The notes beneath the pieces were generated by a model that did no database searches, was not told the origin of the DNA, and worked only from the letters and a program-made list of their open reading frames with translations. The position numbers and the translations under genes are program-made. From Opitutales bacterium (lineage in GTDB: Bacteria; Verrucomicrobiota; Verrucomicrobiia; Opitutales; Coraliomargaritaceae), in assembly GCA_049598495.1 (NCBI GenBank), contig JBMYNR010000005.1, positions 15,618 to 79,617 on the forward strand: a stretch of 64,000 nucleotides of DNA, given 5' to 3'. Shown piece by piece: positions 1 through 10,204 of this stretch (positions are counted from its first letter, which is position 1; each line of letters starts with the position of its first letter).

Positions 1-2
1 TC

Positions 3-608
3 GGTGCCTTACAAGGCCTGCAGGCTGATAGCTCCTCGGCATCGCTGTTTGGAGTCGAGGATACAGGGCAGCGTATTTTGATTCTCTTTGATAACAGTAC
101 GAGCGTTTGGAATAAAGCCAGCAAGGCTGGCGTGACGACCGGGCGCTTTATCCGTGAGCTATCGGCTTTGATCGATGGATTGCATGCGAATACGCAGTTC
201 GCACTGGTTCCCTTCTCTCGGAGTGTTGGTAGCTTTCGAGACTACATGATATCAGGTGGTGCTCGAAATAAGAGGGCGGCTAAGGCATGGATTAGCGAGA
301 AGGTGCGGACGCAACAGTTGATGACTCAGTTGCCGCATGACATTGATGGGATACAAGGCGCGCTGGCGGTTGCTTTTCAGATGGAGCCAGATGTAATCTT
401 TCTAATTTCAGACGCCGATTTTCAGCGCAACCTTGTTAAGGCGGGGGATGTTCCTTGGGATGATGTGGACCGCACCCTACGTGGCTTGAGCCGTGAGTTT
501 GGTATTGAGCCGCGCCTCCACTTCATCGGTTTTCAAGTGGAGGAAGCGGATGCTGAGGCGATGAAGAAGATCACCCGGCGTTACAAAGGGCAGTTTAGAG
601 AGCTGTAG
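3..608 (+). CDS. vWA-domain protein, C-terminal part (5' end lies outside the window)
   Basis: Frame is open from base 3. MIDAS-like ILILFDNSTS (DxSxS), later VIFLISD and LHFIGF strands typical of vWA folds. Confidence 0.7.
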   Translation, partial: GALQGLQADSSSASLFGVEDTGQRILILFDNSTSVWNKASKAGVTTGRFIRELSALIDGLHANTQFALVPFSRSVGSFRDYMISGGARNKRAAKAWISEKVRTQQLMTQLPHDIDGIQGALAVAFQMEPDVIFLISDADFQRNLVKAGDVPWDDVDRTLRGLSREFGIEPRLHFIGFQVEEADAEAMKKITRRYKGQFREL

Positions 609-725
609 TTGTAGACGATGGTAATCAGACTCATACGAGCGCTTCCTTGATTGCCATACGCAGCATCTCAGGCAAATTCTGTGGTGTTCGAGAAATATAC
701 GGGCTGAAAACAAGGCGGTATTTTA

Positions 726-1613
726 ATGGTACAAGATCTTCACATTATCTCTGGGCCGACCGCCGTCGGTAAAACGGAATATGCGCTCAGCTATGCAGAG
801 ACACACAATGCCGAGATTGTTTCCTGCGATGCGTCTTTGGTCTACCGGGGCATGGATATTGGAACGGCGAAGCCAAGCAGAGAGGAGCTGGAGCGCGTGC
901 CGCATCATCTGATAGACCTGAATTCTGTCGATGAACCCTACGATATTGCGGCCTACGTGCGGGATGCGGAACGCGTCATTGATGGCATTTTCTCGAGAGG
1001 CAGGTCGGTTGTCGTCACCGGCGGTAGCGGTTTTTATCTAAAGAGTTTTTTCGCGCCCGTCATTGATGTGGTTGAGGTGTGTGCTGCCGTCCGCGAAGAG
1101 GTCGCTGCACTGTATGCCTCAGATGGTTTGAGTGGTTTGCTGACTAAATTGCGTGAGCGTAGCCCCGCGGGACTGGGCAATCTGGATACTCAAAACCCGC
1201 GTCGCGTCCTGCGTGCCCTTGAGCGCAGCATGGCTTCAGGCAAGAGTCTGCCCGAATTACAGGCAGAGTTTGCCGCGCGACCCGAGCCCTATGTGCATTG
1301 TAAAAAGCGTTTTATTTTGCTCGATCGTGATAAAGAGGTGCTCCGGGAGCGAGTTGCCCTACGGGCGGAGAGGATGCTGGCGGACGGTTTGATTGAAGAA
1401 GTTGACGCATTGTTGGGAAAAGGAATTCTGAAAAATCCCAGCGCTGCGTCTGCGATCGGTTACCGAGAGACGATTGCCTACATCGAGGGCCAAATAGCCA
1501 AAGACGAACTGCTCCCGTCCATCGTTCAGAATACCATGCAGCTCGTGAAAAAACAGCGCACTTGGTTTCGCAGACAGATTCGTGAACCCGATGAGCGGGT
1601 GTTGTGTGTGTAG
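726..1613 (+). CDS. miaA: tRNA dimethylallyltransferase
   Basis: GPTAVGKT P-loop, DASLVYRGMDIGTAKP, PHHLID, VTGGSGFY, KKQRTWFR motifs. Confidence 0.97.
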   Translation: MVQDLHIISGPTAVGKTEYALSYAETHNAEIVSCDASLVYRGMDIGTAKPSREELERVPHHLIDLNSVDEPYDIAAYVRDAERVIDGIFSRGRSVVVTGGSGFYLKSFFAPVIDVVEVCAAVREEVAALYASDGLSGLLTKLRERSPAGLGNLDTQNPRRVLRALERSMASGKSLPELQAEFAARPEPYVHCKKRFILLDRDKEVLRERVALRAERMLADGLIEEVDALLGKGILKNPSAASAIGYRETIAYIEGQIAKDELLPSIVQNTMQLVKKQRTWFRRQIREPDERVLCV

Positions 1614-1819
1614 GATGGAGCAGGTCTCTTGGGGAGAATTTCCACTTTTTGAGGTAGCAATCATTCGCGGAGCGACCTGTAGAGGATCTGTCATACAATC
1701 ATCAAAAGTAAAAATATGCTCGAAAACTCAGAGCGCCTGCCTTCATTGTTTCGACTTCTTCAAGCAGTCACATTTTCAACAGCGCTGCGAATGAACCTCA
1801 TCTTATTCCCCATCAGTTC

Positions 1820-2938
1820 ATGAAAAAAGCACTTATCACTGGAATCACTGGGCAAGACGGATCGTATCTAGCCGAATTTCTACTTAAAAAGGGCTACGAA
1901 GTCCACGGTATCAAGCGCCGAGCTTCTTCCCTCAATACGGAACGGGTCGATCATATCTATCAAGATCCCCACATTGAGAATGCCCGATTTCATCTCCATT
2001 ACGGGGATTTATCGGATACCTCGAATTTGACTCGTATCATCAGCGAAGTGCGTCCTGATGAGGTCTATAACCTAGGAGCGCAGTCACATGTGGCGGTGTC
2101 GTTTGAATCACCCGAATATACGGCAGACGTCGATGCAATCGGTGCCTTACGTTTGTTGGAGGCCATCCGCTTCCTGGGCTTGGAGAAGACAACGCGATTC
2201 TATCAGGCTTCTACCTCAGAGCTTTACGGCTTGGTTCAAGAGGTTCCTCAGAAGGAAACGACGCCTTTCCATCCTCGGTCTCCATATGCCGCGGCGAAGC
2301 TTTACGCATACTGGATTACGGTCAACTATCGTGAGGCCTACGGAATCTACGCGTGTAATGGCATCCTCTTTAACCACGAGTCACCTCGGCGGGGAGAGAC
2401 TTTCGTGACGCGTAAGATTACCCGAGGCCTCTCTAATATCGCACACGGACTGGAGCCTTGTCTCTATCTGGGGAACATGGATGCCCTCCGCGACTGGGGG
2501 CACGCAAAAGATTATGTTCGGATGCAATGGATGATGTTGCAGCAGGATACTGCGGAGGACTTCGTAATTGCAACGGGCAAGCAGATTTCGGTGCGTGACT
2601 TTGTGAGTATGTCCGCCCGTGAGGCCGGCATCGAACTGGAATTCTCCGGCCAGGGGATTGATGAGATCGCGACGGTCGCCTCGGTTGATTCAGAGAAAGC
2701 TCCCGCTCTTTCGGTTGGTGATGTTATTGTAAGAGTAGACCCCAGGTATTTCCGCCCTGCAGAAGTTGAAACCTTACTCGGAGATCCAACGAAAGCGAAG
2801 GAGAAGCTTGGCTGGGTACCTGAGATTTCGGTTGAGGAGATGTGTGCGGAGATGGTCGCAAATGATTTGGACATAGCAAAGCGGCACGCGGTTCTCAAGG
2901 AGCACGGTTTCGATGTAAACGTGGCGATCGAGTCCTAG
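1820..2938 (+). CDS. gmd: GDP-mannose 4,6-dehydratase
   Basis: [40 protein letters not shown]. Confidence 0.98.
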   Translation: MKKALITGITGQDGSYLAEFLLKKGYEVHGIKRRASSLNTERVDHIYQDPHIENARFHLHYGDLSDTSNLTRIISEVRPDEVYNLGAQSHVAVSFESPEYTADVDAIGALRLLEAIRFLGLEKTTRFYQASTSELYGLVQEVPQKETTPFHPRSPYAAAKLYAYWITVNYREAYGIYACNGILFNHESPRRGETFVTRKITRGLSNIAHGLEPCLYLGNMDALRDWGHAKDYVRMQWMMLQQDTAEDFVIATGKQISVRDFVSMSAREAGIELEFSGQGIDEIATVASVDSEKAPALSVGDVIVRVDPRYFRPAEVETLLGDPTKAKEKLGWVPEISVEEMCAEMVANDLDIAKRHAVLKEHGFDVNVAIES

Positions 2939-2959
2939 TAGAATCCTCTTTGTGAATCC

Positions 2960-3898
2960 ATGAAACGACTACTTGTATTTGGAGCCAGCGGTATGGTCGG
3001 TTCTGCGGTTGTACGAGCCGCTCGGAATTCCGGATATACGGAAATCCTTGAGCCGAGCAGTCGGGAACTCGACCTGATCAACCAAGACCAGACGCATGCT
3101 TATCTGGCGAAACACCAACCGGAGGAAGTTGTCGTTGCGGCGGCAATGGTCGGTGGCATACACGCCAACAGTACCTACCCGGCGGATTTTTTGTACAAGA
3201 ATCTAATGATAGCAGCGAATACGATCGAAGGATCGTTTCGGGCGGATGTGAAGCGTCTAATGTTTCTTGGCAGCACCTGTATCTACCCAAAATTTGCAGA
3301 ACAACCGATTAAGGAGGAATCACTTCTTACATCCTCGCTTGAGGAGACGAACGAAGCCTACGCAGTCGCCAAGATTGCGGGGCTCAAGCTCTGCCAGCAT
3401 TACCGCAAGCAATATGGCGTTTGTTATCACTCGGCGATGCCGACGAATTTATATGGTCCCGGAGATAACTATCACCCTCAGAATTCCCATGTCCTGCCTG
3501 CGCTGATTCGCCGCTTTCACGAGGCGAAGCTCGGTGGGGTGCCTGAAGTTGTGGTATGGGGCACCGGCACGCCGCGGCGGGAGTTTCTTTATGCCGATGA
3601 TGCGGCCGCCGGGATTCTCCACCTTCTCCAGCTTGAGGCCCCGCCGGATCTGGTAAATCTTGGCTGCGGGAAGGATGTTTCGATTGGTGAGCTGGCTCAG
3701 TTGGTGAAGGAGACGGTCGGTTACGAAGGAGAGCTTGTCTTCGATACGAGCAAGCCGGATGGCACGCCACGCAAGCTCACGGACATTTCCCGGATCCAAG
3801 CGACAGGTTGGACCCCGAAGATTGGTATTAAGGATGGGATTGCCCTAGCTTATCAGTCCTTTCTTGATGAGCAAGCGGCAGGCAGTCTCAGGGAATAA
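2960..3898 (+). CDS. fcl: GDP-L-fucose synthase
   Basis: [45 protein letters not shown]; directly follows gmd. Confidence 0.96.
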   Translation: MKRLLVFGASGMVGSAVVRAARNSGYTEILEPSSRELDLINQDQTHAYLAKHQPEEVVVAAAMVGGIHANSTYPADFLYKNLMIAANTIEGSFRADVKRLMFLGSTCIYPKFAEQPIKEESLLTSSLEETNEAYAVAKIAGLKLCQHYRKQYGVCYHSAMPTNLYGPGDNYHPQNSHVLPALIRRFHEAKLGGVPEVVVWGTGTPRREFLYADDAAAGILHLLQLEAPPDLVNLGCGKDVSIGELAQLVKETVGYEGELVFDTSKPDGTPRKLTDISRIQATGWTPKIGIKDGIALAYQSFLDEQAAGSLRE

Positions 3899-3944
3899 GG
3901 AAGCTGCTCCAAATCATAAAAATCTCCTTTCCATTACGGGGAGA

Positions 3945-5126
3945 ATGAGTGACGCTGATCGGCTTATGATTTGCACAACCGAAGCCTTAGCCGATGCCGT
4001 GCGCCGTGCGCGAGAAGCCGGCGCGGTCGGGGTGGACACTGAATTTATTTGGGATCGCACCTATTACCCCACGCTCGGGGTAGTACAAATCGGTTACCCC
4101 GATGGCCACTGTGAGCTCATCGATGCGCCCGCTATTGATGATTGGTCGCCTCTGGCAGAATTGATGTCGGCCCCCGACACAGTTAAGATTCTCCATGATG
4201 CCCAGCAGGATTTGAACATTATCCACCGTGCCTGCGGCGGTCTGCCTAAGAACATTTTCGATACCCAGCGCAGTGCAGGTTTTATCGGTTTGTCCTCCAC
4301 GGTTTCGCTCAGCGAACTTCTCAAGGTTCTGCTGCGTGTCCGGCTCGCAAAAACGGAGACTCGCTCCGATTGGACAGCACGACCTCTATCAGAGGCACAG
4401 GTGAAATATGCGGAGGATGATGTGAGGCACTCCGTCGACTTGATGATTAAGATTATGGCCGAGGCGGAGGAACTGGGCCGCAAGGCGTGGATCGAGAAGG
4501 AGATGAAAATCTACGAAGAGGAGAGTCTCTACGTGGAAGCTGATCCGGATACGGAAATGCCGCGTGTGCGTGGGAGCGGTTCGCTCACGCATCAACAGCG
4601 TAATATTTTACGGGCTCTGGGTGCCTGGCGTGAACTGAAGGCACGCCGGCGAAATCTGCCTCGAAGTTTTATTTTATCGGATGATGCTGTGGTAAGTCTG
4701 ACCAAGCGGCCGCCTGAAAAACCGCAGGATATCCGTCAGATGAAGGGTCTCAGTGAGCGGGCGGCTGATCGGAACCGAAAATATATATGGGAGGCCATCG
4801 AGCGTGGCCGCAGCGGTGATTTGCCCGAGTTGCCTAATAACAAGCACTTGGGCCCCTCGCCTGATGATGGCTATGAATCCCGGGTTGACCTTTCGCTGGC
4901 GACGATCAAGGGGATCTGTCTCGCCAACAAAATTGATCCGGCTTTGATTGGTAACCGCGCAGAGGTGACGGCCTTCGTTCTGGAGATCGACAGTCTCGAG
5001 AGTGCACGCCACCGCATGTTGCGCGGTTGGCGGGCCGAGTTTTGTGGGGATAATCTAGCGAAACTATTGCGAGGGGAGGGGCATGTCTCCATCGACCCCG
5101 AGACCAAGCTGCCCAGGTTAGGTTGA
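3945..5126 (+). CDS. rnd: Ribonuclease D (DEDDy exonuclease plus HRDC domain)
   Basis: VDTEF, KILHDAQQD, SDWTARPLS..Q..YAEDDV, HRDC-like WRELKARRRNLPR, C-terminal GWR. Start placed at ATG 3945, which avoids overlap with fcl. Confidence 0.9.
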   Translation: MSDADRLMICTTEALADAVRRAREAGAVGVDTEFIWDRTYYPTLGVVQIGYPDGHCELIDAPAIDDWSPLAELMSAPDTVKILHDAQQDLNIIHRACGGLPKNIFDTQRSAGFIGLSSTVSLSELLKVLLRVRLAKTETRSDWTARPLSEAQVKYAEDDVRHSVDLMIKIMAEAEELGRKAWIEKEMKIYEEESLYVEADPDTEMPRVRGSGSLTHQQRNILRALGAWRELKARRRNLPRSFILSDDAVVSLTKRPPEKPQDIRQMKGLSERAADRNRKYIWEAIERGRSGDLPELPNNKHLGPSPDDGYESRVDLSLATIKGICLANKIDPALIGNRAEVTAFVLEIDSLESARHRMLRGWRAEFCGDNLAKLLRGEGHVSIDPETKLPRLG

Positions 5127-5132
5127 CACTAC

Positions 5133-5843
5133 CTAGAGTTCGAAACCGTCTTTCGCGATGCAGACGACGAACTCACCTTTTTGACTGCCCTTTGCCACGC
5201 GGTCCCGCACTTCAGTCGCGGGTCCCGTATGAACGGTCTCATGTAGTTTGGTTAGTTCGCGGCTTACACTGATACAACGGCCCTCGCCCAATACATCGAC
5301 CAGATCATTGAGAAATTTCCCGATCCGGTGGCAGGATTCGTATACAACGATCGTGTAATCAAAATCGCGGCGGGTTTCAAAGAAGCGTTTCCGTGCGGCG
5401 GCCTTTGGCGGAAGAAAGCCGACGTAGAGAAAACCGTCGCTCGGCAGGCCGGAAAGTGCCAGCGCGGTGGTTGCTGCCGTCACTCCGGGCGCGGAACTGA
5501 CGGGTAGTCCGCGCTTGCGGCATTCGCGGACAAGCCGAAATCCAGGGTCGCTGATGGCGGGCATGCCGGCGTCGGAAATGAGGGCGATTTGTTTCCCTGA
5601 GCCGACTTGATTGGCCAACTCAGTCGCCATGTGTTTCTCGTTCTCCTCACGATAGGAGATCAGCTTAGCTTCATTTTCGATACCGAGCTTAGACAGTAGT
5701 TTCCCGGTGATTCGGGTATCTTCGCAAGCGATTATATTCGCAGACTTGAGGGTCTCGATGGCACGCGGAGTCATATCGCCGAGGTTACCGATTGGCGCGG
5801 CGACGAGTATCAAATGTCCGGTTGCTGTCTCGGCCTGACTCAT
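5133..5843 (-). CDS. rsmI: 16S rRNA (cytidine1402-2'-O)-methyltransferase
   Basis: PIGNLGDMTPRA, ACEDTR, SDAGMPAISDPG, RELTKLHE, KGEFVV. Confidence 0.95.
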   Translation of the reverse strand: MSQAETATGHLILVAAPIGNLGDMTPRAIETLKSANIIACEDTRITGKLLSKLGIENEAKLISYREENEKHMATELANQVGSGKQIALISDAGMPAISDPGFRLVRECRKRGLPVSSAPGVTAATTALALSGLPSDGFLYVGFLPPKAAARKRFFETRRDFDYTIVVYESCHRIGKFLNDLVDVLGEGRCISVSRELTKLHETVHTGPATEVRDRVAKGSQKGEFVVCIAKDGFEL

Positions 5844-5991
5844 GGTGGTGAATCTCTCCGAGTCTTTGTTTGCCTGCAAGCTTTGATCTTTTCGGTAATC
5901 ATAGAACAGAAAAAAGAGACGAGTATTCGTTTCGCTTTACAGTAGCTTCTCAGGGGTTGAGTTTTTGGAATCGAGTATTAGGTTGCTCAGC

Positions 5992-6366
5992 ATGGATATT
6001 GAAACTTTCCCAAATCCGAATCCGGGTCGGAACTATACCATTCAGCACATTCAGGAGGAGTTTACCTCCACCTGCCCAATGACAGGGCATCCGGATTATG
6101 CGACCGTGGTTTTCAGTTACGTTCCCGATGAGGTATGCATTGAGCTCAAGGCGATGAAACTCTACCTCCACAGCTTCCGGAATAAGGGCATCTTCTTTGA
6201 GGCAGCGACGAACCAGATTTTTGAGGATTTGTTTCATGTCTGCAAGCCTCGCTGGGCTCGCCTGGAAACTGTCTGGCGCGGACGGGGTGGTATTCGTTCC
6301 AATGTCGTGGTCGAAGACCAGGAGGACGGCTATGACGGGCCGACGACCTTTCCGTTCTCGGCCTAA
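5992..6366 (+). CDS. queF: 7-cyano-7-deazaguanine (preQ0) reductase, unimodular QueF
   Basis: ETFPNP, FTSTCPMTGHPD with catalytic Cys and Asp, QueF motif ELKAMKLY, RGGI. Confidence 0.88.
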   Translation: MDIETFPNPNPGRNYTIQHIQEEFTSTCPMTGHPDYATVVFSYVPDEVCIELKAMKLYLHSFRNKGIFFEAATNQIFEDLFHVCKPRWARLETVWRGRGGIRSNVVVEDQEDGYDGPTTFPFSA

Positions 6367-6375
6367 CCGCTTCTT

Positions 6376-6834
6376 TTAAGTGATCTCCAAAACGGCCTGG
6401 ATCTCTACTGTCGTATCTTTGGGTAGACCCGTTACGGCCACGGCGGCACGGGTATGACGCCCGCGCTCACCGAGGATTTCAACGAGCAGATCGGATGCCC
6501 CGTTGATCACCTCGGGGCTGTCGGCGAATCCGGGAGCCCCGTTGACAAAGCCGTTCAGTTGAACCACGCGCGAAACACGGTCGAGATCTCCGAGATGGGC
6601 CTTTGCGACCGCAAGGAGATTGAGCGCGCAGACGCGCGCTGCTTCCTGGCCATAGGCGATATCACGGCCTTCCCCGATCTTGCCGGTGTGCGTCATCTCT
6701 CCGTTTACGAGGCAAATCGCACCGGATAGGTAGAGAAAGGGGTTGACCTCCATGCAGGGGACGTAATTGCCTGCGGGTGCCGGTGCGGCGGGGAGTTCGA
6801 TGCCGAGTTCGGCCAGGCGTTGATCGGTTGTCAT
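6376..6834 (-). CDS. RidA/YjgF family protein
   Basis: GNYVP, LYLSG, VINGASDLL, GRHTRAAV..LP..VEI. Confidence 0.92.
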   Translation of the reverse strand: MTTDQRLAELGIELPAAPAPAGNYVPCMEVNPFLYLSGAICLVNGEMTHTGKIGEGRDIAYGQEAARVCALNLLAVAKAHLGDLDRVSRVVQLNGFVNGAPGFADSPEVINGASDLLVEILGERGRHTRAAVAVTGLPKDTTVEIQAVLEIT

Positions 6835-6843
6835 TGTAATAGA

Positions 6844-6923
6844 AAAGCTGAAAGCTGAGATTTATGAAACCCTGAAATTGAGTGTTTTCAGTTTTCAGTT
6901 TTTCCGGTTTTCAGCATTTCCAG
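6844..6923. repeat. Inverted clusters of short tandem repeats (AAAGCTG x2 ... TTTTCAG x3)
   Basis: AAAGCTG at 6844 and 6851; TTTTCAG at 6885, 6892 and 6908. The CTGAAA and TTTCAG cores are reverse complements. Confidence 0.6.
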
Positions 6924-8219
6924 ACCGTAGGGCTTTTCGCCTTCTGTGCTGGCAATGACCACGGCCCCGACTGTATCAGAGAAAACGTTCACGCTGGTGC
7001 GACACATATCCAGTATCCGATCCGTCAGCCAGACGACACCGATTGCTTCGACAGGCAGGCCCACCGCCGGCAGAATCACTGCGATAGCGACTAGGCTGGC
7101 CGCAGGGATACCAGCCACACCGATACTTGTGGTCAGGGCGAGAAAGACGACTAGAAGCTGATCACCGATACCAAGTGCGATCTGTCCTGTGGAGGCATAA
7201 AGCTGTGCGATAAAGAGCACGACCACGCACTCGTAGAGGGCGGTGCCGTCCATGTTTACGGTTGCGCCCAGAGGCAGGGTAAACGAGCAGGTTTTTTTAG
7301 AGACCTTTGCACGTTCCTCGACAGTTTCGATTGTAAGGGGAAGAGTCGCCGATGAACTGGCCGTAGAAAATGCTGTCAGTAGAACGGGTGCCATTTCCTT
7401 GTAGTGGCGAATCGGATTCACCTTCCCGATGAGTTTGAGAGCAATGGAGAGATTGATCGTGAAGTGAATTGCCAGCGCCAGTAGCACGGTCATGAAAAAC
7501 CATGCCAGCGTGCCGAATAGGTCCCCCAGGTTGGTTTCGTAGATAACTGGGACAACGAGACCAAAGACGCCGATCGGCGCGAAACGAATAATGAAATCGG
7601 TCAGCTTGAGCATGACTTCCTGGGCACTATCCCAGAACTTTTGCTGGGTCTCGCGCGGTCCAGGCTTAAGCTTCCCTATGAACACTCCGAAGAGAATGGA
7701 AAAAGTGATGACGCCGAGGAGTTGTCCGTTGTTGGTTGCCGCATCGACTATGTTGGACGGAAACATGCGGAGAAAAATTTCGAAGAGATCGCTAGAACTC
7801 TTTCCTTCGACCTTCCCCATCAGGCCCTGCTCGATTGAGGTTTCTGCCCCTGTGCCGAGCATGGCCATCGCGGTTTCTGCGTCGATGCGACCCGGGCCAA
7901 TGATATTCACTACAATTAAGCCGATGATGACAGCGGCTGCTCCGCTAAAGCTGTAGTAGAGAAAGGTCTTTAGGCCCATTCGGCCGACGCCCTGCTCTGC
8001 CCCGAGGTGCATCACCCCGCTGATGATGGATGCGACGATGAGTGGAACGATCACCATCTTCAGCGCATTCATGAAGAGTTTTCCAACGAATTTTGAGAAG
8101 GCGATGGCAGTTGCGACGGTGTCCTCGCCGAGAGCGGGCAGAAGAAATCCGCCGAGAATCAAGGCGAGGCTAAGAGAGAACAGAATCTGCCAATGAAGTT
8201 TCCAGCGAAGGGGATTCAT
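6888..8219 (-). CDS. Dicarboxylate/amino acid:cation symporter (DAACS, GltP/GltT family)
   Basis: AFSTASSSATLP, LPLGATVNMDGTALY, DRILDMCRTSVNV. Confidence 0.95.
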   Translation of the reverse strand: MNPLRWKLHWQILFSLSLALILGGFLLPALGEDTVATAIAFSKFVGKLFMNALKMVIVPLIVASIISGVMHLGAEQGVGRMGLKTFLYYSFSGAAAVIIGLIVVNIIGPGRIDAETAMAMLGTGAETSIEQGLMGKVEGKSSSDLFEIFLRMFPSNIVDAATNNGQLLGVITFSILFGVFIGKLKPGPRETQQKFWDSAQEVMLKLTDFIIRFAPIGVFGLVVPVIYETNLGDLFGTLAWFFMTVLLALAIHFTINLSIALKLIGKVNPIRHYKEMAPVLLTAFSTASSSATLPLTIETVEERAKVSKKTCSFTLPLGATVNMDGTALYECVVVLFIAQLYASTGQIALGIGDQLLVVFLALTTSIGVAGIPAASLVAIAVILPAVGLPVEAIGVVWLTDRILDMCRTSVNVFSDTVGAVVIASTEGEKPYGLEMLKTGKTEN

Positions 8220-9049
8220 GGGAGGTAATGGTTGAGGGTTTGCCAGTCTTCAAGAGGTAGATCTTCGGGGCGTATGGTTGGCGTAACGCCATGGTCTATC
8301 AGTGAATTAAACCAGTCAAGTGCTTCTGGTGCGGCGTCTTTCCGGCATAGTGCGCCCAATTGCTTGCGCCGCTGGGTGAAGATGCGCCGGATGCAGTTTC
8401 GTGCTTCCGTTGTGAAACTCAGGGCGTTTTTCTTACGGTCGAGTCGTAGTAATATAGAGTCAACCTTTGGTGCTGGGTGGAAGCACTGAGCCTTTACCAA
8501 ATGTGTGCTGTGAACTTCGAACGCAGACTGGAGAAAGATCGAAATGGCGCCGAAGGTTTTGCTGCCATGTGCAGCGGCATATCGATCGCCCGCTTCTTTT
8601 TGCAACATGAGCACCATCCGTTCGGGCAGAGGCCCCGCAATAACCGCCTCCATCCACGGGGTAGAGACTGCGTAAGGAAGGTTGGCGACGATCTTGTAGG
8701 AAGTTTCAGTTTGTTCAGCAGGGAAACCGGCGATTGGGTGATCCAGACAATCGCCTTCGATGAGTTCTAGGTTCACATATTCGGGCATTACCTGCTTCCG
8801 GATATGTTTGGCCAAGGTGGGGTCTCGCTCGACGGCCCAGAGCTTTGCGCCCGTGGCTAGAATGGCCCGGGTCAAGGTGCCTAGCCCCGGGCCGACTTCG
8901 ATAACCTTGCTCTCCGAGTCGAGCTCGGCCAGTTCGATCGATTTGCGCACGATATTGCCATCAATTAGAAAATTCTGTCCCAGCTTCTTGTTGGGCAGGT
9001 GCTCTAAACCCTCGAGGAGCTCTCTGGTTGCTGTGGGGCTGAGCGGCAT
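8216..9049 (-). CDS. rsmA: 16S rRNA m6(2)A1518/1519 dimethyltransferase
   Basis: KKLGQNFLID, EVGPGLGTLT, VANLPY, LMLQKE, FHPAPKVDS. Confidence 0.96.
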   Translation of the reverse strand: MPLSPTATRELLEGLEHLPNKKLGQNFLIDGNIVRKSIELAELDSESKVIEVGPGLGTLTRAILATGAKLWAVERDPTLAKHIRKQVMPEYVNLELIEGDCLDHPIAGFPAEQTETSYKIVANLPYAVSTPWMEAVIAGPLPERMVLMLQKEAGDRYAAAHGSKTFGAISIFLQSAFEVHSTHLVKAQCFHPAPKVDSILLRLDRKKNALSFTTEARNCIRRIFTQRRKQLGALCRKDAAPEALDWFNSLIDHGVTPTIRPEDLPLEDWQTLNHYLP

Positions 9050-9114
9050 AAAGGTGGGTGTGTTGTATTCTTGGATCTGAATGTCTTTTGACCTTTAGGC
9101 CCGCGTAGCTCGAT

Positions 9115-9912
9115 TCAAGCGTTGTGGAATGCGCTGACAAGCTCTTCGCTGTCTTCGGCCTTCATTAACGCTTCGCCAACAAGAATCGCATCGGCGCCAC
9201 ATGCGCGTGCGCGCCTTGCGTCTTCGAGATCGAAAATACCGCTTTCGCTGACTTTGACGATGCCATCCGGTATCTGAGGTATCAATGATTCGGATACGGA
9301 TAGGTCGGTTTTGAAACGCTTGAGGTCACGGTTATTCACGCCGACGATCTCCGGGCTGAATTGTAGGGCTTTCTCCAATTCGCGCTCTTCATGGATTTCG
9401 TAAAGGATATCGAGGCCGGCAGCCTGCGCCGCATCACGGAGTGCCTTGATCTCGTCGTCTTCGAGTGCGCGCACAATAATGAGAATGCAGCGCGCACCGG
9501 CCTCAGCCGCCTCTAGGACCTGAATCGGGTGAATCATGAAATCTTTGCGCAGACAGGGCGTCGAGCGCTGGTGAGATTCAAGGAATTCGACTACATCCCA
9601 TAGGTCCTGTAGGCTGCCGCCGAAATAGTCAGTATCTGTGAGAATAGAGAAACAGTCGGCTTCGGCGTTGGTATACTTGCGGGCTTGTTCCACCGCATCG
9701 AGTTGCTGATTGACGATTTGTCCGGCTGAAGGTGATTTTCGCTTAATTTCCGCAATCACCGATAGGCGATCTGTGCGTGCCAATGCATCCAGGAAACTGC
9801 CACCTTGTTTTTGCATTTGTGCAAGGCGTTCTAGTTCCGTGTCGCGAACGGGGCGAATTAGGTTTTGATAGGCTCGCCGTTTGGCTGCCATTATTTCAGC
9901 GAGTTTATCCAT
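9115..9912 (-). CDS. trpC: Indole-3-glycerol phosphate synthase
   Basis: IAEIKRKSPSAG, LRKDF, GVNNRDL, SESGI, LVGEALM. Confidence 0.96.
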   Translation of the reverse strand: MDKLAEIMAAKRRAYQNLIRPVRDTELERLAQMQKQGGSFLDALARTDRLSVIAEIKRKSPSAGQIVNQQLDAVEQARKYTNAEADCFSILTDTDYFGGSLQDLWDVVEFLESHQRSTPCLRKDFMIHPIQVLEAAEAGARCILIIVRALEDDEIKALRDAAQAAGLDILYEIHEERELEKALQFSPEIVGVNNRDLKRFKTDLSVSESLIPQIPDGIVKVSESGIFDLEDARRARACGADAILVGEALMKAEDSEELVSAFHNA

Positions 9913-10041
9913 GTGTAAATGAGCTCTGCCTTATAGGCAGGCCATCAAAATTACGTTTTCAGCGATAAGATCAAGACAGGGTTTTCGAGGCGGTTTGTTA
10001 GACATTTTATCTCGATTCGATTTGGTATAGGCCAAGAAAAA

Positions 10042-10201
10042 GGTTCCCTCGTCGAAGTCAGGGGAAGGGTCGCTAGCAGCAAGCGGCCTTAGCAAGTTAG
10101 GGCCCTACAAAATGATTGTTTTCGCAGGGCTCGACCTCGGTCGATGCCGAGTCGGCTGCCGCAATGCAATTTGATCGTTCCCTGGGAAATGACGATGAAC
10201 C
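10042..10201 (+). ncRNA. Putative 6S RNA-like long hairpin RNA
   Basis: Nested end-to-end pairing: GGUUC/GAACC, UCGUC/GACGA, CAGGGGA/UUCCCUG, GGUCG/UGAUC, GCGGC/GCCGC. A central bubble carries an apical stem GGGCCCU/AGGGCUC and a side hairpin CUCGGU/GCCGAG. G-U pairs favour the + strand. A terminator follows immediately. Confidence 0.55.
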
Positions 10202-10204
10202 AAT

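Noticed and set aside
10057..10082. SRP (4.5S) RNA suggested by TCAGG...AGCAGC
   Set aside because: The bases between the two motifs cannot form the short GNRA-capped helix of SRP domain IV, and this segment pairs with the distal 3' strand instead.
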